From the IMG/VR virus record IMGVR_UViG_3300021091_000024: a stretch of DNA of 55,045 bases; one strand, 5' to 3'. A model generated the notes under the pieces. That model was not told where the DNA came from. It saw nothing but the letters and a program-made list of their open reading frames with translations, and made no database searches. Made by a program: the position numbers and the translations under genes. Shown here piece by piece: positions 47,618 through 55,045 of the stretch. Position 1 is the stretch's first letter. Each line of letters starts with the position of its first letter. This DNA comes from an uncultured virus (IMG/VR IMGVR_UViG_3300021091_000024) (lineage: Duplodnaviria > Heunggongvirae > Uroviricota > Caudoviricetes).

Positions 47618-47691
47618 CCGAACGTGGCGCAGCTTGGTAGCGCACCTGCTTTGGGAGCAGGGGGCCGCAGGTTCAAATCCTGCCGTTCGGA
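47618..47691 (+). tRNA. tRNA-Pro(UGG)
   Basis: Acceptor CCGAACG/CGTTCGG-A, anticodon arm CCTGC-TTTGGGA-GCAGG, GGTTCAAAT. Confidence 0.92.
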
Positions 47692-47700
47692 CTGGCGCAA

Positions 47701-47774
47701 CCGAACATAGCCCAATTGGCAGAGGCAGGGGACTTAAAATCCCCTCAGTGCAGGTTCGAGTCCTGCTGTTCGGA
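47701..47774 (+). tRNA. tRNA-Leu(UAA), short variable arm
   Basis: Acceptor CCGAACA/TGTTCGG-A, anticodon arm GGGGA-CTTAAAA-TCCCC, 5-nt variable loop, GGTTCGAGT. Confidence 0.85.
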
Positions 47775-47799
47775 CACATGGCACGTAGAATGAACGCTG

Positions 47800-48105
47800 A
47801 TGAATAACATAAAAGTCATCTTCATCTTTTTTGGGAAGATTTTTTTAGCCATTAAAACCATGTCCTCACCGTCCTATTGGACGCGCGCCAACACCCTGGA
47901 GGCATGTGGATTTGCCACAAAAATTGCAATTATCTTTCCTGGTCTTCTATTTGGCAAACAGTTCTGGTGGATATACATTTTTGCAATTATTTCCAGCATT
48001 GCACTCATCTGGACATCCACAGTAAAAACGCTCCCCACCATAATCATTTTCAACGTTTTATGGGTAGTCCTTGCTTCCACGGCAATAATAAAACATTTCT
48101 CCTAG
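47800..48105 (+). CDS. membrane protein
   Basis: 101-aa hydrophobic ORF between tRNAs. Confidence 0.6.
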   Translation: MNNIKVIFIFFGKIFLAIKTMSSPSYWTRANTLEACGFATKIAIIFPGLLFGKQFWWIYIFAIISSIALIWTSTVKTLPTIIIFNVLWVVLASTAIIKHFS

Positions 48106-48110
48106 CTCGA

Positions 48111-48183
48111 GCCCCTATAGCTCAGTTGGTAGAGCAGCGGACTTTTAATCCGTGGGTCGCAGGTTCGAGCCCTGCTGGGGGTA
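48111..48183 (+). tRNA. tRNA-Lys(UUU)
   Basis: Acceptor GCCCCTA/TGGGGGT, anticodon arm GCGGA-CTTTTAA-TCCGT. Confidence 0.92.
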
Positions 48184-48287
48184 CAAAATAAAACATAAAA
48201 TTGCTTATTATTCGGTTGAACTATCCTGATGAATGAGATATGGTTGCGTCGCTTGATGGGGAAATTTCGAACGTAAAAGCGAAAAGG

Positions 48288-48360
<73 letters not shown>

Positions 48361-48361
48361 C

Positions 48362-49060
48362 ATGAAAAATGAAAAAAACAACTGCATCTACATAGGCTCG
48401 TCGGGCTTTGTTCGGCTGGACGGCTGTATGGGCGATGACCTATCAGTGGTAAATGCTGCTCGCGTTTCCTTCGCAAAGCGTTCGGAAGAAATGACAACCG
48501 CAGACATCGGATTAATAGGTTTTCTAATGCGTGAGCGTCACGGCACACCGTTCGAGCATAACGCCTTCAGATTTCACGTTCGATGCCCAATATTTGTCGC
48601 TCGTGAGTGGTTTAGGCATCGCATCGGCTCTTTCAATGAATTTTCTGGAAGATACTCAGAGATGACGGAGGATGCATACATGCCAGAGTATGAATACATA
48701 AGAACTCAGACTGGGAAGCCTGGCGCATACAGTTTTGAGCCGATAACTGATGAAAATAAGTTACTTTCCATAAGTAGCGAAATCGAAAAATCGTACACTC
48801 AATCGTTTACGCATTACCGTCAATTACTCAGTATGGGCGTAGCGAAGGAATTGGCCAGAGTGGTGATACCGGTTGGTGCATATACTGAATTTTATTGGAC
48901 AGTCAATGCAAGGTCACTAATGAACTTCCTATCTCTGAGAACGCATGAAACGGCCCAGCTAGAGATACGGGAATTCGCCAATGCGGCAGCATCTCTTTTT
49001 ATGGAAGAAATGCCAATCACCCACAGCGAGTGGGTGAAGAATAATAAGACGGCGCCATGA
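48362..49060 (+). CDS. thyX: FAD-dependent thymidylate synthase
   Basis: VVNAARVSF, HGTPFEH, PIFVAREWFRHRIGSFNEFSGRY, NARSLMNFLSLR..AQLEIR. Confidence 0.95.
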   Translation: MKNEKNNCIYIGSSGFVRLDGCMGDDLSVVNAARVSFAKRSEEMTTADIGLIGFLMRERHGTPFEHNAFRFHVRCPIFVAREWFRHRIGSFNEFSGRYSEMTEDAYMPEYEYIRTQTGKPGAYSFEPITDENKLLSISSEIEKSYTQSFTHYRQLLSMGVAKELARVVIPVGAYTEFYWTVNARSLMNFLSLRTHETAQLEIREFANAAASLFMEEMPITHSEWVKNNKTAP

Positions 49061-49512
49061 AGGGTTTTGATATTTCCAATAAGGAGTTCAATTTTGACGA
49101 GGACTTAAAGTTCGGTGAGATGGGGGAAGATTATGCTCGTTCTTTTCTTAGGGCAATAACAACCGGCGATTATGAAGTCAAAACAGATAGATACAGAAAT
49201 GGTCGCATGGTCATAGAGACCAACCAAAACCCCAGAGGGATGCTCGACCAAAACGGACAAAGAATTTGGGTCCCGAGCGGAATTAATGTAACTACCTCTA
49301 AATGGTGGATTTATATATTTTCTTTAGATGGAGCATTTTTAATGCTCGAAGTTGCAAGATTAAAAAGATACTTAAAATTTAATAAAAAAGTCTTTAATGA
49401 TGCTACGAAAATATCTCTTGGAGGCCTTGACAATCCTGCCCGTGGATTCATACTATATCCAAAGCACGTCAGCGACTTGCTGGCTAGTAGCGAATATGAC
49501 CTGGGAGGGTAG
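49057..49512 (+). CDS. hypothetical phage protein (possible PD-(D/E)XK fold)
   Basis: FDEDLKFGEMGE...YEVKTD...GRMVIE...PSGINVTTSKWW. Confidence 0.65.
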   Translation: MKGFDISNKEFNFDEDLKFGEMGEDYARSFLRAITTGDYEVKTDRYRNGRMVIETNQNPRGMLDQNGQRIWVPSGINVTTSKWWIYIFSLDGAFLMLEVARLKRYLKFNKKVFNDATKISLGGLDNPARGFILYPKHVSDLLASSEYDLGG

Positions 49513-49569
49513 AAGATGCCCAATATTTGGCCTACTGAAATTTCAGAGCGAATATCCGCCTAACTCCGA

Positions 49570-49642
49570 GCCTTCGTAGCTCAGTGGTTAGAGCAGCACT
49601 CTTATAAGGTGTTGGCCGTGGGTTCAATTCCCACCGGAGGCA
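49570..49642 (+). tRNA. tRNA-Ile(UAU)
   Basis: Acceptor GCCTTCG/CGGAGGC-A, anticodon arm GCACT-CTTATAA-GGTGT, GGTTCAATT. Confidence 0.88.
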
Positions 49643-49654
49643 CTGAGAAAGGAA

Positions 49655-50434
49655 ATGATGTCATCCTTTAAATATCCAAAACATCCACTCGAACGTCTCA
49701 ACTATGAAGATGTCGTTAAGCAATACAAGACGATGAAATTGTCCAAGACACCGGAAACGCAGTGGGAAAAAGACGTTCGTGGCTACGTCCATCGTTCTCG
49801 TCTCATAGGCTGCGACAGGGTTGTCCGCGCACCGCGCTTCAGCAAAAGCAATAGGGGAGAAACTGGGCCGATACCGAGAAACAGCACCTACTACAAGATG
49901 CTTACTTCGTTCAATAAACTTAGGCGCAATAAAGTTCAAGCCAACTGGAACATCCCAGCATGGGGCTCATGGACTAACTACTGGTGCTCGCTTCCAGATT
50001 GCAGCGGGCCACGAATTACGCACTGGAAAGACCTGGGCAACGTAATAGGCACCGGTCTAATGTGGACGCAGGATTGGGAGCCGGTTCCAGATTCTATTGA
50101 ATTCGATTGCATCAATGGGGCAACAGAAATTTTGATTAACGAGCTAACAGATATCGATGTTTCCATCGGCATGGACATTACTGAGCATGATGGGTTTGAT
50201 AGCGTAAATGTCATTTTCAGGGGCGATGGCGAAACATGCCTTGCTAAATGGGAGTGGACCGACCAAATGTTTACGGCTGAATGGATTGAACCAGAACCGA
50301 TAGGCTCGGTAGTCAATGACATCTCTCGCTATTTGCCGAAATTTGCCCTAGAACGACCGCCATCAAGAACAATGATTCATTTCGAAGTTGTTGGAGACGT
50401 GGCCAAGTTCATCAAAGAAAACCAACTACCGTAG
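49655..50434 (+). CDS. hypothetical protein
   Basis: 259-aa ORF, RBS aagga. Confidence 0.7.
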   Translation: MMSSFKYPKHPLERLNYEDVVKQYKTMKLSKTPETQWEKDVRGYVHRSRLIGCDRVVRAPRFSKSNRGETGPIPRNSTYYKMLTSFNKLRRNKVQANWNIPAWGSWTNYWCSLPDCSGPRITHWKDLGNVIGTGLMWTQDWEPVPDSIEFDCINGATEILINELTDIDVSIGMDITEHDGFDSVNVIFRGDGETCLAKWEWTDQMFTAEWIEPEPIGSVVNDISRYLPKFALERPPSRTMIHFEVVGDVAKFIKENQLP

Positions 50435-50447
50435 AAGGACTAAAGAA

Positions 50448-50732
50448 ATGCCCAACAATAGAGGAACACTTGGCGAGATACACATCGGCGGAAACGATTA
50501 TGAAGTTGTTTACGTCATTTGGCATACCACAGACCCGGTTGCTAGATGGTTTGTGACTATCGAGGAAACCGGCGAGAGAGCGATATTGAAATCTCTTGTC
50601 GACAGACGCCCTCACCCCGGAAATCTCGGATATACACAGGATGCATGGACATACAATATTGTTGATGAAAAGACATGGCTCAGAATGAACGCCGGGGGGC
50701 TTCCAATACCCCCAAAAAAGATGATTCCATAG
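50448..50732 (+). CDS. hypothetical protein
   Basis: MPNNRGTLGEI... start at ATG 50448, RBS aagga. Confidence 0.6.
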   Translation: MPNNRGTLGEIHIGGNDYEVVYVIWHTTDPVARWFVTIEETGERAILKSLVDRRPHPGNLGYTQDAWTYNIVDEKTWLRMNAGGLPIPPKKMIP

Positions 50733-50750
50733 GGCGCCAGTAGAGTAGGT

Positions 50751-50969
50751 ATGGGGCCACGTGGCGGTGACTCCGTAAAAAAGTCTCTTCTAAAAACCAC
50801 TACTTGGTATTTTACTGACCTTATTTTAACATTTACTATTGCATTTGCCATAACACGCGACTTAAAGCCATCTATTGCTATTGGCATTGCCCAGCAAACA
50901 TGGGAACTACTTCTGTACTTCTTCCATGAGCGAGCGTGGGTAAAGTTTGGCAAAGACAAGGGCGCTTAG
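50751..50969 (+). CDS. DUF2061-like small membrane protein
   Basis: KSLLKTTTW...LYFFHERAW; the stop overlaps the 5' end of tRNA-Val. Confidence 0.7.
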   Translation: MGPRGGDSVKKSLLKTTTWYFTDLILTFTIAFAITRDLKPSIAIGIAQQTWELLLYFFHERAWVKFGKDKGA

Positions 50970-51031
50970 CTCAGCGGTAGAGCAACTCGTTTACACCGAG
51001 TAGGTCGGGGGTTCGAGACCCTCAGCGCCCA
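50960..51031 (+). tRNA. tRNA-Val(UAC)
   Basis: Acceptor GGGCGCT/AGCGCCC-A, anticodon loop TTTACAC, GGTTCGAGA. Confidence 0.9.
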
Positions 51032-51039
51032 CTTCACCC

Positions 51040-51068
51040 TTGACTTCTGGGGGCCCAGCCTGTAGCGT
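51040..51068 (+). promoter_or_regulatory. sigma-A-type promoter
   Basis: TTGACT-N17-TAGCGT. Confidence 0.5.
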
Positions 51069-51088
51069 ACTGAGACATAGCTCGTCAA

Positions 51089-51334
51089 TTGACGACGATA
51101 GAGAGGAGAACCGTGGGGGATGACCTGACAACGAGCGACATCATTACTCGGCTTAAAATTGGCGCCACGCTACTTGACGAAGAAGTCAATAATGATGCGT
51201 ATATTCGCAGGCTCTTGCCGCCGGCAGAAATTTGCCTTGCCGCCGTCAAAGAGCTTGAAAGTCTTCAGGCTCGCTGTGTAGCGTACGAGGAGACCATCCG
51301 TCAATTGACGGCTGAGTTGAACAAAACCAGATAA
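51089..51334 (+). CDS. hypothetical coiled-coil protein (true start probably GTG ~51113)
   Basis: RBS gaggag precedes the GTG. Confidence 0.55.
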   Translation: MTTIERRTVGDDLTTSDIITRLKIGATLLDEEVNNDAYIRRLLPPAEICLAAVKELESLQARCVAYEETIRQLTAELNKTR

Positions 51335-51357
51335 ACAAACAACAGAAAAGGACAACA

Positions 51358-51549
51358 ATGAAGCCCATAAAAATACTCAAATCAACAACAATTCTTGCGG
51401 CGCTCGCTGGCTTGATTTTGAGCATCTCGCTCTTCTTCAGTGGTGACACCGAGGCAGACAAACTCAACGGCATCTACGTCGGCATCTGGGTGCCCTCAAT
51501 TCTCGCCCTCGGTTGCTTCATGCTCACCATTAAGGACAGGGATTGGTGA
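51358..51549 (+). CDS. small membrane protein
   Basis: GIYVGIWVPSILALG; RBS aagga. Confidence 0.65.
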   Translation: MKPIKILKSTTILAALAGLILSISLFFSGDTEADKLNGIYVGIWVPSILALGCFMLTIKDRDW

Positions 51550-51746
51550 CCGTGTCTCAAGCAACTCTTTTTTGTTTTGGGGCGGTGATTTTTCTCATAG
51601 CCTTCACGGGGGCAATTCTGTATGGCATGTCCGCCACAGAACAAAAGTTTATGAAAGATACGAATACGAAATCGGGAAACCCCAAGGCGTGGGAGGTTTC
51701 TGCTGGCGGCATCGTTTCGGCCAAACGAAAAGTGAGGAATAGGTGA
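51543..51746 (+). CDS. small membrane protein
   Basis: Single TM segment; overlaps its neighbours. Confidence 0.5.
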   Translation: MVTVSQATLFCFGAVIFLIAFTGAILYGMSATEQKFMKDTNTKSGNPKAWEVSAGGIVSAKRKVRNR

Positions 51747-51958
51747 CGAGCAGGGACACATACGACATAGAGGAGTACGCCAGAGAACAGGAGCGCGAGA
51801 TGAAGCGCATAAATGTTCAGCCAGCGCTTCTCATAAAGCTCCTGATGGAGTCTGAGCCATGTCTGTTCTCGAATAAGTCGGAACCCATCCCCGTAAAAGA
51901 GGTGAGTTCCAGCATTAAGGTGCCCCAATTTGAGAATGTCATTTGGCGCGAAGAATGA
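51743..51958 (+). CDS. hypothetical protein
   Basis: 71-aa ORF, RBS gagga. Confidence 0.5.
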   Translation: MTSRDTYDIEEYAREQEREMKRINVQPALLIKLLMESEPCLFSNKSEPIPVKEVSSSIKVPQFENVIWREE

Positions 51959-52016
51959 GTAGCGCCCTCATGTTGGTCAGGCTCGACGGATAAGAGAGTC
52001 GTTCGGACACAAGTTC

Positions 52017-52089
<73 letters not shown>

Positions 52090-52195
52090 CTATGCAGGAA
52101 ACAAAAGATTATTCAGGAGGGAAAATGCAGTTTCCATTCATCGGACTACACCTCCTAAAGCCAGATTCGGTTTCGCCAAAAGAGACACGCCAAGG

Positions 52196-52687
52196 ATGAA
52201 GCATCGTAAAAAGATAAGGCCGAAGGATTACGGCCCTGACCCGGGGTTCGAGCTATACCCAATCGTCATTCGCCAGACTCGCTATAGCGGTCTGTACGAG
52301 GGCGGGGAGTGGGCGGCATTTCCCAACGTTTACACCACGCTCGATAATGCGGCATTTGGCGACGATAAGTCCTGTTCCGCCTACTGGTGCTCACCTGCCG
52401 CCAAGCGCGTAGGCCTAGGCAGCACGCCCCAGGAGGCCTACGAGGACCTCATCAGGAGAAACGCCTATATCTGGAAAAAGCCGCCCCAGCGCCGCATCCC
52501 CCGTTACGCTGCTCGATTCTGGCTAAAACATTCCCCCGAAGGCGTAAGCCCCAACGCGATTTTTTTTAAAAAGGGCCCTCTCGAACTGCATCAGTTCGAG
52601 ATTGACCAGGATGACGACCAAAATGTCGGACGATATTCCGCACCAAAGTACCCAGACCCAGGACACCCCAATCCCAAGTTCGGATAG
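52196..52687 (+). CDS. hypothetical protein
   Basis: 163-aa ORF; YPIVIRQTRYSGLYEGGEWAAF. Confidence 0.65.
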   Translation: MKHRKKIRPKDYGPDPGFELYPIVIRQTRYSGLYEGGEWAAFPNVYTTLDNAAFGDDKSCSAYWCSPAAKRVGLGSTPQEAYEDLIRRNAYIWKKPPQRRIPRYAARFWLKHSPEGVSPNAIFFKKGPLELHQFEIDQDDDQNVGRYSAPKYPDPGHPNPKFG

Positions 52688-52775
52688 ATTTATCCGGAAA
52701 CCAACCCGAGCCTATATGTGTCAGCAAGGCTGATACTTGTAGACTCAAGATTCACCCATCCTGAAAGGACACCAA

Positions 52776-53063
52776 ATGAGGCCAAAGAAGCCACGCCAGG
52801 GATACCCCATTAGCTCACCAGAAGTCGCCAGACACGCTCTGCGCTACATTCTGGGGTATGTGAAAGAAAACGGGTTTGCGCCCAGCGTACGCGAAGTGGG
52901 GGCCTGTGTGGGCTATACCAGCTCCTCTACGGCCCACCTACTCATCCAGCATCTCATAGATGAGGGTTATGTCGAGATGAACCCCAAGATTGCTCGCTCC
53001 ATCCGGGCGACAAAAGGGGGCGTAAAGCTGGCAACTAAGCGACCGGCGGCCAAACGCCCGTAA
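52776..53063 (+). CDS. LexA-like N-terminal DNA-binding domain protein (no peptidase domain)
   Basis: YVKENGFAPSVREVGACVGYTSSSTAHLLIQHLIDEGYV...ARSIR; RBS aagga. Confidence 0.8.
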   Translation: MRPKKPRQGYPISSPEVARHALRYILGYVKENGFAPSVREVGACVGYTSSSTAHLLIQHLIDEGYVEMNPKIARSIRATKGGVKLATKRPAAKRP

Positions 53064-53074
53064 TTCCGATAGAT

Positions 53075-53491
53075 TTATCCACAGGAGCTGAAATATCTGT
53101 CAAAATTCTATTTGCCACAACGGCTAGGAGACAAAAAATGACCTTACGTACACCAGAGGACAGAATCAAGACAGTTATCAGGCTGCTAAGGGAGTACAAA
53201 AACCCTATTGCGGATGCCTACATCTCTTACTACGAGAGAAATGGCGATTTGACACCCGAAATGCTCAATGGTGCAGAACGTCTGGAGCGAAATCTGGATA
53301 AGCAGCGACTAACCGGATGATGTCCGTTAAGCCAGAAACGAGAGTTTTCTAGGGGTGTTTGGATAAATCTAACAGAGAAAGTTTGGGGTCAAAAATTTGA
53401 AATTTGGCTCCCCCCCGTATTCTCAGTAAAACAGGAAAGTATGCGGGGCTCCCGAGGCAGTTATCCACAGTTATCCACAGGCTTATCCACA
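53075..53491. promoter_or_regulatory. DnaA-box cluster (possible origin or DnaA-titrating locus)
   Basis: Perfect TTATCCACA at 53075, 53461, 53471 and 53483; one-mismatch boxes on the minus strand near 53294 and 53358. Confidence 0.7.
53138..53320 (+). CDS. hypothetical protein
   Basis: 60-aa ORF with RBS aggag. Confidence 0.6.
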   Translation: MTLRTPEDRIKTVIRLLREYKNPIADAYISYYERNGDLTPEMLNGAERLERNLDKQRLTG

Positions 53492-53513
53492 GGGTCAAAC
53501 ACCGTGGAAATGC

Positions 53514-53542
53514 TTGACTCGACCATTCCATTCGTGTACCGT
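53514..53542 (+). promoter_or_regulatory. sigma-A-type promoter driving a probable leaderless transcript
   Basis: TTGACT-N17-TACCGT, with ATG at 53550 seven nt downstream. Confidence 0.6.
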
Positions 53543-53549
53543 CGAAGGT

Positions 53550-53915
53550 ATGAGGACACACACCCTACACACCACCTACCACCCAACCACTCACCCACGG
53601 GCTACCCGTATCAGGTGGGAAGCAACACCGAAGCACGCTCGCCGTCTCGCAGTTCGTCGCCGTCGCCGTATCGTGAAGGCGTTGCTCGCAGTCGCACTCG
53701 TTTATTCATTCGTGTTCGTCATCGGCAAGGTAGTCGATAGCAAGTACGCCTATTCGTGTCCGTCTCTCACCGTGACCGTTCTAGGTGGCGACACACTTAG
53801 CAGTATCACCGAAAGGTATTGCGAGGGACACACACTACAAGCGGCGTTCGACCTCGCAGACAAGCGAGGCTCGTCATTCATTCAGGTCGGCGACATTATC
53901 ACGCTCGGCAACTAA
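53550..53915 (+). CDS. single-TM LysM protein (YneA/ChiZ-like architecture)
   Basis: Basic RRRRR, a TM helix, then VTVLGGDTLSSITERY...IQVGDIITL. Confidence 0.7.
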   Translation: MRTHTLHTTYHPTTHPRATRIRWEATPKHARRLAVRRRRRIVKALLAVALVYSFVFVIGKVVDSKYAYSCPSLTVTVLGGDTLSSITERYCEGHTLQAAFDLADKRGSSFIQVGDIITLGN

Positions 53916-53933
53916 GAGAGGTATGCTCGCACT

Positions 53934-54137
53934 ATGACTACACACACCGACACGCACGACAGGTTTCGCCAGTGCCCCCGTTGCCACGGTTTCATTCCGA
54001 ACAATGAGACACCGGGGGCATACCCCGGTGCTATCTCACGCCTAGACAACACGACCGAAGTGTGCTCATCGTGCGGTACGGAGGAAGCGATAGAACAATG
54101 GCAGGGGCAGCTCGTGGACTGGCGTGCGACTAAGTGA
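53934..54137 (+). CDS. small Zn-finger-like phage protein
   Basis: CPRC...GAISRLDNTTEVCSSCGTEEA. Confidence 0.65.
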   Translation: MTTHTDTHDRFRQCPRCHGFIPNNETPGAYPGAISRLDNTTEVCSSCGTEEAIEQWQGQLVDWRATK

Positions 54138-54688
54138 ACGACGCAGGCGACACGGGTACACCACGGGATACCCACACACCCACACCCCTACCCATCGACT
54201 TCACTACCGATAACGATACGACACTCGACGCACTAGGCGCAGAAGTCGGCGGAGGCGTACGGGTATCTATTGGTTGGCGACACACTCGCACAGGTGACGC
54301 ACCCGTATCAGTCACCATTTCACTACTAGATAGTGACGCACTAGGTACACCGTCACGCACTCGTGAACTCAACGGCAAGATACTACGCTCGCTAAGACTC
54401 GGCACACTCATTCGTTCAGTCCGACGCAGTAGATACACACCACCAAGTATCACCGCAGGCAAGGTTGAGATACCCTCACACAAAGGTTCACGCACCACAG
54501 TTGAGATGCTCGCATACATAGCAACTCTTTATCGTGAGGCATACGCAAGAGGCGAACCGATACAGGCATACATAGCGAACCAAACAGGCAGACCACTATC
54601 TACCGCAGCGAAACTCATTATGAGAGCACGCAGGCAGGGACTACTAGGAGTCACCACCCGAGGCAGGTCAGGCGAGACAGAACTATGA
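54134..54688 (+). CDS. HTH protein (DUF6214-like C-terminus)
   Basis: IATLYREAYARGEPIQAYIANQTGRPLSTAAKLIMRARRQGLL. Confidence 0.6.
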   Translation: MNDAGDTGTPRDTHTPTPLPIDFTTDNDTTLDALGAEVGGGVRVSIGWRHTRTGDAPVSVTISLLDSDALGTPSRTRELNGKILRSLRLGTLIRSVRRSRYTPPSITAGKVEIPSHKGSRTTVEMLAYIATLYREAYARGEPIQAYIANQTGRPLSTAAKLIMRARRQGLLGVTTRGRSGETEL

Positions 54689-55023
54689 GAGATGAGGAAA
54701 GTGAAGCACACGACGAAACAGATGAGGAAAGTGAAGCACACGACGAAACAAAAGACAGACTGACTATCGAACTCACGATTAGGGAAGCCGAAGCATTAGA
54801 GGCATTACTGAAAAGTCAGATGAGCGTTCTCAATAGGCGTATTCACGAAGGGCGACAGAAGCGTGACGGAAAGTATCTAATCTCACGCACGATACTGTCT
54901 AAGGTGAGTGACGCAGTAACCACACACAAGGCGGAAGAAATCATTAGTGGAAATGTCAATGACGCTATGTTACGCCTCGTAATGGAACTATGGTCGGAAG
55001 ACGGCGGTATCTGGCGAGACTAA
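54685..55023 (+). CDS. hypothetical protein
   Basis: 112-aa ORF, ATGA-coupled. Confidence 0.6.
   Translation: MRDEESEAHDETDEESEAHDETKDRLTIELTIREAEALEALLKSQMSVLNRRIHEGRQKRDGKYLISRTILSKVSDAVTTHKAEEIISGNVNDAMLRLVMELWSEDGGIWRD
54691..54750 (+). repeat. exact 30-nt tandem duplication (DEESEAHDET x2)
   Basis: gatgaggaaagtgaagcacacgacgaaaca twice. Confidence 0.95.
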
Positions 55024-55045
55024 CGAATAGCAACAGAGGCGCACG

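Overview
This is a ~55 kb segment of a large tailed dsDNA phage (Caudoviricetes, HK97-fold capsid). The host is most likely an Actinomycetota, judged from a WhiB gene, leaderless-style promoters and a short-arm tRNA-Leu(UAA). From left to right the window holds: (1) a minus-strand block with a RecB-like exonuclease, a Rad52/Sak annealing protein and the terminase large subunit; (2) a ~35 kb plus-strand head module with portal, a 4736-aa HK97-type prohead-protease fusion, a ~2190-aa second giant, several accessory head proteins and the major capsid protein; (3) class II RNR, WhiB, primase-helicase, a probable TerS, ThyX and 8 tRNAs; (4) a cluster of perfect DnaA boxes followed by a compositionally distinct, early-like region. 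No tail genes, integrase or CRISPR are visible. The standout feature is the 4736-aa protein, which reads as a polyprotein. Twenty copies of a [R/G/A/E]-[F/L/M]-S-S-G motif, written with varied codons, bracket its domains: sigma-70 region-4-like HTHs, two KTSC domains, a UvrD-like helicase, a DEDDh exonuclease and ArdC. The second giant carries three more copies. I infer a capsid-packaged, protease-processed cargo system with its own cleavage code. Candidate zincin proteases and a tandem-PepSY protein are encoded nearby. All family assignments come from motif recognition by eye; no database search was run.
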